From a virus, in IMG/VR virus record IMGVR_UViG_3300046454_000807, positions 1 to 64,000 of that record: a stretch of DNA of 64,000 nucleotides; one strand, 5' to 3'. The position numbers were made by a program, and so were the translations under genes. The notes under the pieces are model-generated. The model had not been told where the DNA came from. It ran no database searches and saw only the letters and a list, made by a program, of their open reading frames with translations. Shown one piece after another: positions 8,662-17,567 of this stretch. How positions within the stretch are numbered: the first letter of the stretch is position 1; the number at the start of each line of letters is the position of its first letter.

Positions 8662-10071
8662 ATGCCCGCGACGGCCGTGAAACCTACTGTCTTCGAGCGT
8701 GGCGATCACCTGTACATCGTCTCGCCGGTCGCGACCTTCTCGCCAGGCGACGAGGAAATCGAGGAGTTCGCCTTCGCCGACGACCTGCGCAAGCAGGCTC
8801 CCAGCACCGCGATCAAGTGGCTCCAGGGACAGTACGTCGAGGCCGACCATCCGAATCTGAACGGTCAGGTCTGGACCTCGGGCGAGCTGGCGATCAAGTC
8901 GCTGACCCCGATGTTCATGCCGGTGACGGTGATGCACGACAAGCGCTCCGCCGTCGGCCTGATCGCCGACACTCGGCTGTTGGTACCTGAGAAAGATGGC
9001 GTCCCGCGCTCCCGGATCGACAACACTCTGGCGATCTGGGCACACCGTTTCCCCGAGGTCGCCGAAGAGATCGACGCCAACTACGAGCAGGGAACGCTGA
9101 TGCAGTCGATGGAGGCCGTGTCGCCTTTCTACGACTGCGCGACCTGCGGTAAGACCTTCCACAAGTTGCCCGACGGCGCGGAGCGTGCGAACTGGTGTGA
9201 CCACCTGATCGAGGGTGCCGGATTGGGCGCTCGTATATTACGCAACGTCGTCTTCACGGGAACCGGATTGATATTCGGGACTCGGGGCAAAGAGGGTGCA
9301 AACCCCAACGCCCATCTCGACGTTTTTCAAGATGAGGTAGCCGAGTTTCACGAAAGAGCACACCGCGACGCGGGCCGCTCAACCGGAACCACAAGAAGCG
9401 ACAAACCAAAGCGGAGGAGCAAGAAGCGAATGTCCGAGATCGAGATCAACGCTGAGGAGTACGCAGAGCTGAAGGCGCGACCCACGAAGGCGGACTTCGA
9501 GACCGCCGAGAAGCGGGCCAAGACCGCCGAGGACGAGCTTGCGGAGTCCAAGCGGAAGGTCGAGAGCGCCGAGGCCGCCCAGAAGAAGGCGGAGGAAGAG
9601 CGCGACGAGAAGGACAAAGAGCTGAAGAAGGCCGAGGAGGCCCAGGCGCAGGCGACGCTGCGCGACGAGCGGATCGGCAAGCTGGGTGATGGCTTCATGG
9701 CCAAGCTCGGCGAGACCACGCGGTCGAACCTCAAAGAGGACGCCGGCAGCATGGAGGACGAGGCGTGGGAGAAGCGTCTGTCCGAAGTCGAGGAGCTTTC
9801 TTCCACCAAGCGGGACGCCAAACTCGACCCGAAAAAGGGCGGGGGCGGCAAACCAGAGCCGTCGAAGAACGGCAACGGTGGTGGCGATGGTGGTAGTACC
9901 GAGGCCGCTTCGACCGAGGAGGACGAGTTCTCGGTCGAGGAGCTGGCGGAGTCGATCGCTGGCGGCGGTAGCGACGGGAGTGGCGACGGAGGCGGTATGC
10001 CCTCGTCCCACCAGCGTCGATCTCTCGCGAGGGGGCTGGTCGGTTCCGGCTCCAAGCCCAAGGACGAGTAA
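8662..10071 (+). CDS. Prohead protease-scaffold fusion
   Basis: N-terminal NLNG/MHD/QSME/CxxC protease-like domain; charged coiled-coil C-terminus; lies before the capsid genes. Confidence 0.8.
   Translation: MPATAVKPTVFERGDHLYIVSPVATFSPGDEEIEEFAFADDLRKQAPSTAIKWLQGQYVEADHPNLNGQVWTSGELAIKSLTPMFMPVTVMHDKRSAVGLIADTRLLVPEKDGVPRSRIDNTLAIWAHRFPEVAEEIDANYEQGTLMQSMEAVSPFYDCATCGKTFHKLPDGAERANWCDHLIEGAGLGARILRNVVFTGTGLIFGTRGKEGANPNAHLDVFQDEVAEFHERAHRDAGRSTGTTRSDKPKRRSKKRMSEIEINAEEYAELKARPTKADFETAEKRAKTAEDELAESKRKVESAEAAQKKAEEERDEKDKELKKAEEAQAQATLRDERIGKLGDGFMAKLGETTRSNLKEDAGSMEDEAWEKRLSEVEELSSTKRDAKLDPKKGGGGKPEPSKNGNGGGDGGSTEAASTEEDEFSVEELAESIAGGGSDGSGDGGGMPSSHQRRSLARGLVGSGSKPKDE
9430..10071 (+). CDS. 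Nested in-frame scaffold protein (internal start)
   Basis: GGAGG Shine-Dalgarno before ATG 9430; late promoter motif GCTCGTATATTACGC at 9229-9243. Confidence 0.5.
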   Translation: MSEIEINAEEYAELKARPTKADFETAEKRAKTAEDELAESKRKVESAEAAQKKAEEERDEKDKELKKAEEAQAQATLRDERIGKLGDGFMAKLGETTRSNLKEDAGSMEDEAWEKRLSEVEELSSTKRDAKLDPKKGGGGKPEPSKNGNGGGDGGSTEAASTEEDEFSVEELAESIAGGGSDGSGDGGGMPSSHQRRSLARGLVGSGSKPKDE

Positions 10072-10090
10072 GCAAGGAGAACCCTGAAAC

Positions 10091-10666
10091 ATGTCTTTCT
10101 TCGACGATCCCGCTGGGCCTTTCGAGCTTACCTCGGTCAAAGACCTTCCCAACGCTCAGGTCGCCTACCCCGGCGAGCGCTGGTCCAACCGCAAGGCTTC
10201 CGGCGCGATCACGCCGGGTGAACCCGTCGTGCCGCTCGCCTCCGGGTCGAGCCCGACCGGGACCCTCGTGATGCGCCCCGTGAAAAACGGGGACGCCGCC
10301 ACCCAACTCGCTCTGGCCACTCGGGTCATCGACATCCCGGACCCCAACCAGGGTCCGACCTCGCTGAGCCCGAACGCGGTGCGCAATCAGGATATTCCGA
10401 ACAAAGAATACCTGCTCGCGCACTACAGCGGCGTCTTCATCATGACGCTGGTCGCGCCGGACACCTACGCGCCCGGCGAACTGATCGGGTGGGACCTCAA
10501 TGGCGCCCGGCCGGTGGGCAAGGCCACTACCCACGAAGGGTCGTGGACCAAGAACGCCAATGCCGACATCAAATCGGTCTTCGAAGTGATGGACTGGCAG
10601 GAGGTCAATTCGTCAACCCACGAGGGCATCCTGACCGTCAGGTTCGCCGGCAGGAACCAGTTCTAA
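10091..10666 (+). CDS. Capsid decoration / minor head protein
   Basis: Between scaffold and major capsid; AGGAG SD; beta-rich. Confidence 0.65.
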   Translation: MSFFDDPAGPFELTSVKDLPNAQVAYPGERWSNRKASGAITPGEPVVPLASGSSPTGTLVMRPVKNGDAATQLALATRVIDIPDPNQGPTSLSPNAVRNQDIPNKEYLLAHYSGVFIMTLVAPDTYAPGELIGWDLNGARPVGKATTHEGSWTKNANADIKSVFEVMDWQEVNSSTHEGILTVRFAGRNQF

Positions 10667-10693
10667 CCCGAGAGACCAGGAGACCGAAAACAC

Positions 10694-11632
10694 ATGGACC
10701 GTCGAATTTTCAATCTGCTGGACCGGGTACAGCGCGAGGAGGATGCTGCACGTCAGGAGGAGCTGAAAGAGCAGACCAACGAGCTGCTCGGCCAGCACTT
10801 CAAACGGCATCCCGACGAGCTGGAGGAGTTCGCCTACGACATCGTGGCGCTCATCTGGGCCGACACGATGGCCGAGGACCTCGTTCCGCAGATCATCGAC
10901 GTGAAGACCATTGGTCTCGCCGAAGTGGACTACATCGAAGAGGACCTGCGCGGCGGCCGTGCCTACTGGCAGGGCAAGGGCGGCCAGATTCTCAGCTCGA
11001 TCATCCGCTCGGAGCGAACCTTCATGCCCCGCGAGGAGATGGCGACCGCCCTGGACATGCACCAGGACGAGATCGAGACCAACTTCTGGGGCAGCTTCGA
11101 CAAGTTCGTCTCCCAGCTCCAGGAGAAGCTCCAGCAGCTCCCGACGACGCGCCTGATCGAACTGGTCCAGGCCGCGATCTCGGGCGGTAGCTTCTTCGGC
11201 AAATTCGCCGTCAGCTCGCTGACCGCCGCCCAGGTGGACGCGATTATCGAACCCGTCGCGATCCGGTCCAAGGGCCAGGTCTCGATCCTCGGGACGAAGA
11301 CCGCGGTGCGCCTCCTGGCCAACGTCGGGATGGAATTCTCGAACGAAGTCAAGACGCGCATCTTCGACACCGGCCAGATCGGCGTCTACAAGGGCTACCC
11401 GGTGGTCCAGGTGCAGAACTTCGAAAACTTCGAGGGCCGGTTTGTGCTGCCGAACGACGAGCTGTGGTTCGTCGGTCGCAACGCCGGGCGTCTCACCTAC
11501 TACGGTGCGGACCCCAAGGTGCAGCAGCGCCGGCTGGCCAGCTTCTACACCCGGTGGGAAACCGCTCGGGACGCCGGGATGTTCTTGGCGCCGCTCTCGC
11601 GGGGTCGCATCGGGCGCATCGTCCTCACGTAG
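10694..11632 (+). CDS. Major capsid protein
   Basis: 312 aa; position; HK97-like 'IGVYKGYPVVQV' A-domain motif. Confidence 0.85.
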   Translation: MDRRIFNLLDRVQREEDAARQEELKEQTNELLGQHFKRHPDELEEFAYDIVALIWADTMAEDLVPQIIDVKTIGLAEVDYIEEDLRGGRAYWQGKGGQILSSIIRSERTFMPREEMATALDMHQDEIETNFWGSFDKFVSQLQEKLQQLPTTRLIELVQAAISGGSFFGKFAVSSLTAAQVDAIIEPVAIRSKGQVSILGTKTAVRLLANVGMEFSNEVKTRIFDTGQIGVYKGYPVVQVQNFENFEGRFVLPNDELWFVGRNAGRLTYYGADPKVQQRRLASFYTRWETARDAGMFLAPLSRGRIGRIVLT

Positions 11633-11671
11633 CCGGCGGTCGTCGGCTCAGGCACAGCGAAGGAGACAGGC

Positions 11672-12142
11672 ATGGCGGAGGTCAAGAGCAAGTTCCAGAA
11701 CACGTCCGGGGGAGTCGTCGGCGCGGTCGTACTCGACCACGAGGACAAACCCAAGGGCGCGGCCATCGGGCCGAAGGGCACGATCTGGCTCTCCGAGAAG
11801 GAGCAGGTGCTTACCGCCAATGCCCCCCGCAACGACAAGGACAATCCCTTCGCCAACGGCGACCTCAGCCTGTTGGTGCGTTCCTCGGAGATGGCCGCGG
11901 CCCGGCCGATCGGCGATCTCCAGGAGCCGCAGGACGCCGCTCCCGAGGAGGAGCCGGTCGCTCCCGAGTCCGACTCCGAGGACGAGGAGCAGGTCGAAGA
12001 GGAGGCGCCTCCGACGCCTCAGCCGCCCCCTCCCAGCGAAGAGATCGGTGAGCCCGACACACCGCCGGATGGCTTCCGTGAGACCGAGCGCTCGCCGCAG
12101 CCGCCGCCCGAGCCACCGCTGCCCAGTCCTCCCGCCGACTAG
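11672..12142 (+). CDS. Virion-associated protein with Pro/Glu-rich tail
   Basis: SD AAGGAG; follows the major capsid gene. Confidence 0.7.
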   Translation: MAEVKSKFQNTSGGVVGAVVLDHEDKPKGAAIGPKGTIWLSEKEQVLTANAPRNDKDNPFANGDLSLLVRSSEMAAARPIGDLQEPQDAAPEEEPVAPESDSEDEEQVEEEAPPTPQPPPPSEEIGEPDTPPDGFRETERSPQPPPEPPLPSPPAD

Positions 12143-12160
12143 CCTCGTAGGATCGGTGGC

Positions 12161-12745
12161 ATGAGCAACGTCACCGACCAGCGCGACACTCGGACCCTGA
12201 TACCTCGGCTCCGCCGCGCGATCGAAGGACCGACCGGCACCGGCTCGTCGCTGAGCGATGACCAGATCAACGCGATTGGCGCCGACGCGATCGGGGCGAT
12301 CATCCTCTACTCCAACTCGCTCTTCGGCTCTGAACTCCAGGTCTCCGAACGCGATCCGAAATACATGGCGCCGGTGGCCTGGCTCACCGATCCGGCACTC
12401 AGCGAGCCGCAGGCGACGGCGATCGTCTCCCAAGCCGCGCTCGACTACTGGTTCATGCAGCTTTCCTCGGTGGACGGCGGCGGCAAAGTCCTTGAGACCA
12501 TCGCCGACGAGTCCACCAACTGGAGCTGGGAGATCAGCCCTCAGAGCCTGGTCGAGCGGCTGCGTCAGCTCCGTGCCGACCGCGACGCTGCACTCGAAGC
12601 GCTCCAGCGCGACGGCGAGGCGCTCGACGCGAGCTACACGTCCTACATTGGCGTCCGCGACAACTGGACCTCCCGTCTGATCGAGCCCTGGGTTGAACAC
12701 GGCGGAGTCGCCCAAGGCGGCCTCAACCCGCTCGAATTCGTCTAG
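12161..12745 (+). CDS. Putative head-tail adaptor
   Basis: Position; CTCG-TAGGAT -10 seven nt before the ATG. Confidence 0.6.
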   Translation: MSNVTDQRDTRTLIPRLRRAIEGPTGTGSSLSDDQINAIGADAIGAIILYSNSLFGSELQVSERDPKYMAPVAWLTDPALSEPQATAIVSQAALDYWFMQLSSVDGGGKVLETIADESTNWSWEISPQSLVERLRQLRADRDAALEALQRDGEALDASYTSYIGVRDNWTSRLIEPWVEHGGVAQGGLNPLEFV

Positions 12746-12750
12746 TGGGC

Positions 12751-12849
12751 ATGGTCAAGGTCCCCTGCTTCGACTGCGACCAGGCTGGCTGCGAAAAGTG
12801 CGGCGGCTCCGGCTACCTACTGAAGAAGGTGCCCGATGCCAAGTCCTGA
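12751..12849 (+). CDS. 32-aa zinc-finger microprotein (MVKVPCFDCDQAGCEKCGGSGYLLKKVPDAKS)
   Basis: CxxC-x4-CxxCxGxG; exactly fills the gap between neck genes. Confidence 0.6.
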   Translation: MVKVPCFDCDQAGCEKCGGSGYLLKKVPDAKS

Positions 12850-13273
12850 CCTGGAAGGCTACAAGAACGCGCAGGCGCGGCTGCGGGCGCAGTTCGGCCA
12901 GGACGTGCCCTTCTTCACGCCGACGCCGACCACGTGGCCAGGAGGCATCCCTACGGACGAAGCTGGCGTGCCCCTGGACCCCGAAGTGCAGCCGCTCGCC
13001 TCGGGGTTCGCCAGCGGCGTGCTGCGCTGCAACGTCGTCTCGAAGCCGATCCTGCGCACCCTGGAGGTCCCGGCGACCGATGCCCCGATGGGCCTCAAGG
13101 ACCGGAGCAAGCTGGTCCTGCTGGCCGGCTACGACGAGTTCGTGGCCGCCGGCGTCTCGGGGGCGACCTTCGTGGAAGTCTACGGCGCGAAGTATAAGAT
13201 CGAGGCGATGCTGAACGATCAAGTCGGCAACGGACCTACCCAACGCAAGCTGATCTTCCTGGAGAAAATGTAA
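12836..13273 (+). CDS. Putative head-closure protein
   Basis: Position and size; C-terminal beta strands. Confidence 0.6.
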   Translation: MPSPDLEGYKNAQARLRAQFGQDVPFFTPTPTTWPGGIPTDEAGVPLDPEVQPLASGFASGVLRCNVVSKPILRTLEVPATDAPMGLKDRSKLVLLAGYDEFVAAGVSGATFVEVYGAKYKIEAMLNDQVGNGPTQRKLIFLEKM

Positions 13274-13764
13274 TGGCTCTCACGCGCGAGGATTTCGTCA
13301 CACAGTCCGTTGACAGGTACCTGCGGGAAGTGCTGTTTGAACGGCACTCCTACGACCCGGCGATGATCGAGCTGCTGGCGGCCTTCCCACACGACCGCTT
13401 CGACGGGCCGATCGACAAGAACTACGTCGCCGTCGGCTTCAACTTCGACGACGGCGGCCACCAGGGAGAGATGGGCTCAAACCTCAAACATCGGCTCTAC
13501 ACCATCGAGTTCTTCATTATCGGGAAAAGCAACACCTGGGCGAAAAACCTCGCGCACGCTGTGAAGTTTGCGCTGGAGAGTGACGGAACCATTCCCTTGG
13601 TAGATGTCACGCAGCCGTCGAAGCCTGTGATCGACGCACTGGTTGTGGCGTCGGTCTCGGCGGAGCACCAGCCGATCAGCCAGCCCGAGCCGTGGCAGGA
13701 GAACATCTGGACCTGTCACCTGCGCGTCGAAGACACCTACGACGCCGGCGCCGCAATCAGCTAG
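13273..13764 (+). CDS. Putative tail terminator
   Basis: TAATG overlap; position before the tail tube. Confidence 0.6.
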   Translation: MALTREDFVTQSVDRYLREVLFERHSYDPAMIELLAAFPHDRFDGPIDKNYVAVGFNFDDGGHQGEMGSNLKHRLYTIEFFIIGKSNTWAKNLAHAVKFALESDGTIPLVDVTQPSKPVIDALVVASVSAEHQPISQPEPWQENIWTCHLRVEDTYDAGAAIS

Positions 13765-13837
13765 GCTCGCCCCGTCCCAGCGCGGCCGGACCCGCTTGTC
13801 ACCGCACTTCCGTCGCCCATCCGGCTCCCAGGCTAAG

Positions 13838-13933
13838 TGGAGTACCCGCCCGGCTGCCATCCGGGGACCTTCGTCTTCCGACGACGCTCTTCTCGGCCGA
13901 TCTAGGCGGCCAGGGCATCTGAGCTACGGGCAC
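13838..13933 (-). ncRNA. tRNA-like RNA lacking an anticodon (GGAA tetraloop), CCA 3' end, G3.U70
   Basis: GTGCCCG-TA-GCTC-[31-nt D-loop]-GAGC-G-TCGTC-GGAA-GACGA-AGGTC-CCCGG-ATGGCAG-CCGGG-CGGGTAC-T-CCA. Confidence 0.8.
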
Positions 13934-14052
13934 ACGAGGGCTAGGTTGCTGGTCCTGGCTCGATCGGGTTGAGCCCGCCAGATGACGCTTCGAGTCGAGT
14001 ATCCCGGCTCTTGCCCAGCTACACCATCGCCCGCGGCGGATACTATCGCTTC

Positions 14053-14742
14053 ATGGCCGAACTCGGCTCGGGCTACGAGGACCGCGAGCAGGCATCCTTC
14101 TTCTCCCTGCTCCCGACCCCGCCGGCGTTGCTCGGCGGCCTGGAGCTGCTCAGCGAGGCGTCGGTGCTGGCGGCGCGGCTTGGCGACGACGCGCAGGCTA
14201 TCGCGATCGACGGCATAATCGGCTCTGTAGAGCGGAATGTGGGCGAGATCGGCGTCGAGACGGTGAAAGTCGCCGACCGCGCGATCATCGACCGCATTCG
14301 CATTACGCGCGTCCGCCCCGATGCTGGCTCGCTCGGTGCAGTGCGGCCGAAGCGGCTAGAGGAAGGCATCCACAGCGAGGTCCTCGGGCTCGGCGCCGTC
14401 GGGATCGCCTCGATCGACGAACTGGAAACGGTCGTCGGCACCGACGGGCGCCCATTCTGGCGGGCACAGGAGTACGGCTCGACCCACAACGTCGGCCGGG
14501 TGGTAATCGGCATCTTCCAGCCCGGTGGTGCGATGCCGGACCAGCAGGACTTCCGCAAGCACCCGATCTTCCAAGTGGGCGGTGAGGGCGCCGGCGCGAT
14601 GCACATCCAGCGCCCGATCCCGGCCCGTCACTTCCTACGCGACGGCGCTGCGATGGGCGCGCTCTATCGCGAGCGTGCCTTCCGGGATGCCGAAATCGGT
14701 GCCATCACCGACATCAAAGCCGTCCGCGCCTCCCTGGTCTAG
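14053..14742 (+). CDS. Neck / tail-completion protein (HK97 gp10-like)
   Basis: WRAQEYGST...IPARHFLR motifs; TACTAT -10 six nt before ATG 14053 sets the start (track start 13969 is unlikely). Confidence 0.7.
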   Translation: MAELGSGYEDREQASFFSLLPTPPALLGGLELLSEASVLAARLGDDAQAIAIDGIIGSVERNVGEIGVETVKVADRAIIDRIRITRVRPDAGSLGAVRPKRLEEGIHSEVLGLGAVGIASIDELETVVGTDGRPFWRAQEYGSTHNVGRVVIGIFQPGGAMPDQQDFRKHPIFQVGGEGAGAMHIQRPIPARHFLRDGAAMGALYRERAFRDAEIGAITDIKAVRASLV

Positions 14743-14772
14743 AGCCGAAAACCAGGGGCGTTCCGTCCGGCC

Positions 14773-14787
14773 GCTCGTATATTAAGC
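14773..14787 (+). promoter_or_regulatory. Late-type promoter GCTCG-TATATT-AAGC
   Basis: Same motif, upstream of the tail operon. Confidence 0.65.
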
Positions 14788-14794
14788 AACGGCT

Positions 14795-15067
14795 TTGGCG
14801 GAGACAGGCAACGGCAGCCGTACTGCGTATATCCATAAGCGCAAGGGTCGATACATGGCTCAGACGCTGGAGTGGTTCGAGGAACACATCGAGCCGCTGG
14901 TTCCCAGCGAGGAGGCCAAGGAGTTCAAGGCTCTTGTCCGGCGAAAGATGAATGCCTTGGCGACTGACGCAGCGGAGCTACTGGAGTTAGGCAATGACAT
15001 GGTGAAGAACGAGCTGGCCCAGGACATAGATGACCGTCTATTCCCTGACGGACGGCGAAAGGGGTAG
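14795..15067 (+). CDS. Hypothetical protein
   Basis: ORF between the promoter and the tail tube gene. Confidence 0.65.
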   Translation: MAETGNGSRTAYIHKRKGRYMAQTLEWFEEHIEPLVPSEEAKEFKALVRRKMNALATDAAELLELGNDMVKNELAQDIDDRLFPDGRRKG

Positions 15068-15070
15068 ACG

Positions 15071-16303
15071 ATGAGCATCCTCGCGGGAGACATCCTTCAC
15101 GTCGGCGGCCAGAACGTCATCGACCGAATCCAGCAGGCAGGACTGGGTAACGTCAACCTCCCCGTCGAAACGATCCGCGAGTGCGGGAACCGCGAAGTCG
15201 TAGACAAGATTCCGCAGGAGCCCGACTTCACCTTCACCCTCCAGAGCTTCAACGTCGGCACCGAACTCATGGCCTTCCTCACCGGGAAATCCGGCGCCCA
15301 GGCGTCGGGTTCCTTCCCCGGTTCGAGCGATCCCGAAGGCACCGAGTACAACTGGCTCGACTGCGGGTTCGTCAACATCGCCTCGCCGTGGAAGAACGGC
15401 GCGACGGGCTCCGCCGGCGTCGTCGAGGCCGGGTTCCTGATCCCCGGCTTCTACCCGACGCGCTACACCCTCAACTTCGGAGTCACCGACAACGCTCAGC
15501 AGCAGGTCGAGCTGTCCGGTGGCTCCTACTACTTCGCCGAAGCCGCGCCGCGGGAGGAGAAGTTCGAAGGCAACGGCGCCACCAAAGGCTTCGAAACGAC
15601 CGACGTGACGGTCCACTACCGCAAGGGCGGCGCCGAAGGCACCACCTTCCGCGACGTATTCGGCGTGCTGGTCAACGGCCAGCTCCAGGTCGAAGGGACC
15701 GACTTCACGGTCACCGGCGGCAACGGCACCAAAGCGAAAGTCGAATTCACGGAAGCGCCGGCGAACAAAGCCGACATCCGCGTCGCCTACTTCACGTCGG
15801 CCGCCAAAAGCTACCCGCAGAACGTCCACGCCTCGACGCAGGTCCTGCCGGGCGCTGTCCGCGGTCGCAACATCGTCATCGAAATCAACGAAAAACGAGT
15901 CGGTGGCGGTCAGACCTTCACGCTGGAGGCTACGGTCGAAGGCGAAGTCGAGCGCGAGATGGGCACCGAAGACATCGTGGCCTACATCGTCAAAGGCACC
16001 GATGTCAACGGCACCTTCACGGTGCGGCCCAAGAACCGCGCGGAGTTCTTCAACATCCTTCACGAAATCACCGGGGTCAGCAAATCCGAGGTCTTCGGCT
16101 GGTTCAACGAACACACGGTTCAGCTCGACGTGCTGATCCAGAACCCGAAGAACCCGGCCAAAATCCTGAAGACGGTGAGGGTGAAAGACGCGAAGTTCCA
16201 GCCTCCGGGTCAGCAGGCCCAGGTCAACTCGGCGACGGACTTCGCGATCAACTACAGCTCCATCAACGGGACCTTCTCGGAGTTCAAGGGAGAAGCGCCC
16301 TAA
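15071..16303 (+). CDS. Major tail (tube) protein
   Basis: Beta-rich 410 aa with an Ig-like insertion (VLVNGQLQVEGTDFTV); precedes chaperone and tape measure. Confidence 0.85.
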   Translation: MSILAGDILHVGGQNVIDRIQQAGLGNVNLPVETIRECGNREVVDKIPQEPDFTFTLQSFNVGTELMAFLTGKSGAQASGSFPGSSDPEGTEYNWLDCGFVNIASPWKNGATGSAGVVEAGFLIPGFYPTRYTLNFGVTDNAQQQVELSGGSYYFAEAAPREEKFEGNGATKGFETTDVTVHYRKGGAEGTTFRDVFGVLVNGQLQVEGTDFTVTGGNGTKAKVEFTEAPANKADIRVAYFTSAAKSYPQNVHASTQVLPGAVRGRNIVIEINEKRVGGGQTFTLEATVEGEVEREMGTEDIVAYIVKGTDVNGTFTVRPKNRAEFFNILHEITGVSKSEVFGWFNEHTVQLDVLIQNPKNPAKILKTVRVKDAKFQPPGQQAQVNSATDFAINYSSINGTFSEFKGEAP

Positions 16304-16392
16304 GACATCCGCGGCCTAGCCGCACACATACGGACTCGGCGCCCGAAAGGGCTGGCACAGGCAAAGCGGGCTCACGCCCCCAAGGAAAGGAA

Positions 16393-17241
16393 ATGATGAC
16401 CGAGACCACTGACGCACCCACCGCAGAGACGAGCCCTGCCGAGGGCGCGACGACCAAGAAGCTCCACACCTACTCCGCCTACCTGCACGTGGGACCCGGC
16501 GCCGAGGAGTGCGAGCACGCCACCGATGGCGCCTGCAAGGACCTTGACCACTTCCACGCCTGGTGTCGGCTCCCGAACCAGTTCGAGCGCAGCTCGCTGG
16601 CGGAGAAGGCAAATGCCGCGGCCGCGCGCCGCGTCCGGCTCCTGCGGGACCCGCAGTCGGACACTCGGGTCATCCTCGACGGCGAACTCGAAGCGATGCG
16701 CGTCGGCGACGAGCGCGAGGAGCTAACCGAGGAGATCGTCAACAAGGACTTCCTCACCGACCATCTCCAGGCGCTGAAAGAGGTTGCCGAGGAGGACGAG
16801 CAGTACGAGACGATCGACGAGGACCGCGAGCGCCTGCGGGCGCTGGAAGCCAAGCCGGCCGAGGAGCGCCCGGCCGAGGAATACCAGCACCTGCAAGACC
16901 ATCTGGAGGAGCACACCCGGAAGGTCAACGAGCGCCGCGACCAAATCCAGGCTCCGCGTCGCGAGGCCGTGAAGGACAAGCCGATCGACGACCTGGTGGA
17001 GATCGTCCGCGAGCGGCGGATCGAAAACATCGAGCAGGGCACCCGTCGCGAAGAGTACGCGAAGTGGCAGTGGTACATCTGCACCTTCAAACCGAAGAAC
17101 CCCGACAAGCCGGGCTTCCCGAGTGACAGGGTGTTCAGCTCGATCGACGCCTTCACGGCTTCGGCTCCAGAGCAGATCGAAGCAATCGCCGAGTTGGTTA
17201 CCAAGCTCGACCGTGAATCGAGCGAATCCCTAAAAGGCTAG
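16393..17241 (+). CDS. Tail assembly chaperone
   Basis: SD AAGGA before ATG 16393; position before the tape measure. Confidence 0.75.
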   Translation: MMTETTDAPTAETSPAEGATTKKLHTYSAYLHVGPGAEECEHATDGACKDLDHFHAWCRLPNQFERSSLAEKANAAAARRVRLLRDPQSDTRVILDGELEAMRVGDEREELTEEIVNKDFLTDHLQALKEVAEEDEQYETIDEDRERLRALEAKPAEERPAEEYQHLQDHLEEHTRKVNERRDQIQAPRREAVKDKPIDDLVEIVRERRIENIEQGTRREEYAKWQWYICTFKPKNPDKPGFPSDRVFSSIDAFTASAPEQIEAIAELVTKLDRESSESLKG

Positions 17242-17567
17242 TCCTCGATGACTCATGGCTAGATACGGTTCGCATATGTCGGGACATGGGAACAGCACAC
17301 CTGCTGTTCCCTCCTGGCTGCGACGACATTCGCGAACTGCCGGCACCACTGTTCGAAGCGATCAAGGTGTCACTGATCTACCTGGGCTTCGAGGAGATGC
17401 CGCTAGAGGACCAGCCGCCTAAGAAAATCTGGCAAGACAACGACGCACTGAAACAACACTTCGAGATGCTCAAGCAGAAGCGCAAACAGGAAGCCAGCAC
17501 CACCGTTGAGGGTCCGATCGAGGACCCGGTGCAAAACGAGCTGGCGAAAGACATGATCGTGCAGTAA
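17223..17567 (+). CDS. Tail chaperone -1 frameshift extension (gpT-like)
   Basis: The -1 frame is open from the CTA-AAA-G site at the end of the chaperone through 17567. Confidence 0.6.
   Translation, partial: RIPKRLVLDDSWLDTVRICRDMGTAHLLFPPGCDDIRELPAPLFEAIKVSLIYLGFEEMPLEDQPPKKIWQDNDALKQHFEMLKQKRKQEASTTVEGPIEDPVQNELAKDMIVQ

Noticed and set aside
13890-13920. Reading the element as a normal tRNA-Leu(UAG) using the CCUAGAU loop
   Set aside because: That fold destroys the D-stem, has C33 rather than U33 and leaves an impossible variable region; the GCUC/GAGC plus AGGUC register fits far better.
13960-14030. Possible second tRNA-like element on the minus strand (GATGGTG-TA-GCT...CGTCATC)
   Set aside because: No T-arm and no CCA end; too weak to call.
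13969-14052. Track start of the neck gene at 13969
   Set aside because: A leaderless promoter TACTAT-N6-ATG supports 14053; the upstream sequence is not coding-like.
15181-17241. 686-aa ORF in the track
   Set aside because: The N-terminal part is an off-frame shadow of the tail tube gene; the real chaperone starts at ATG 16393 with an SD.
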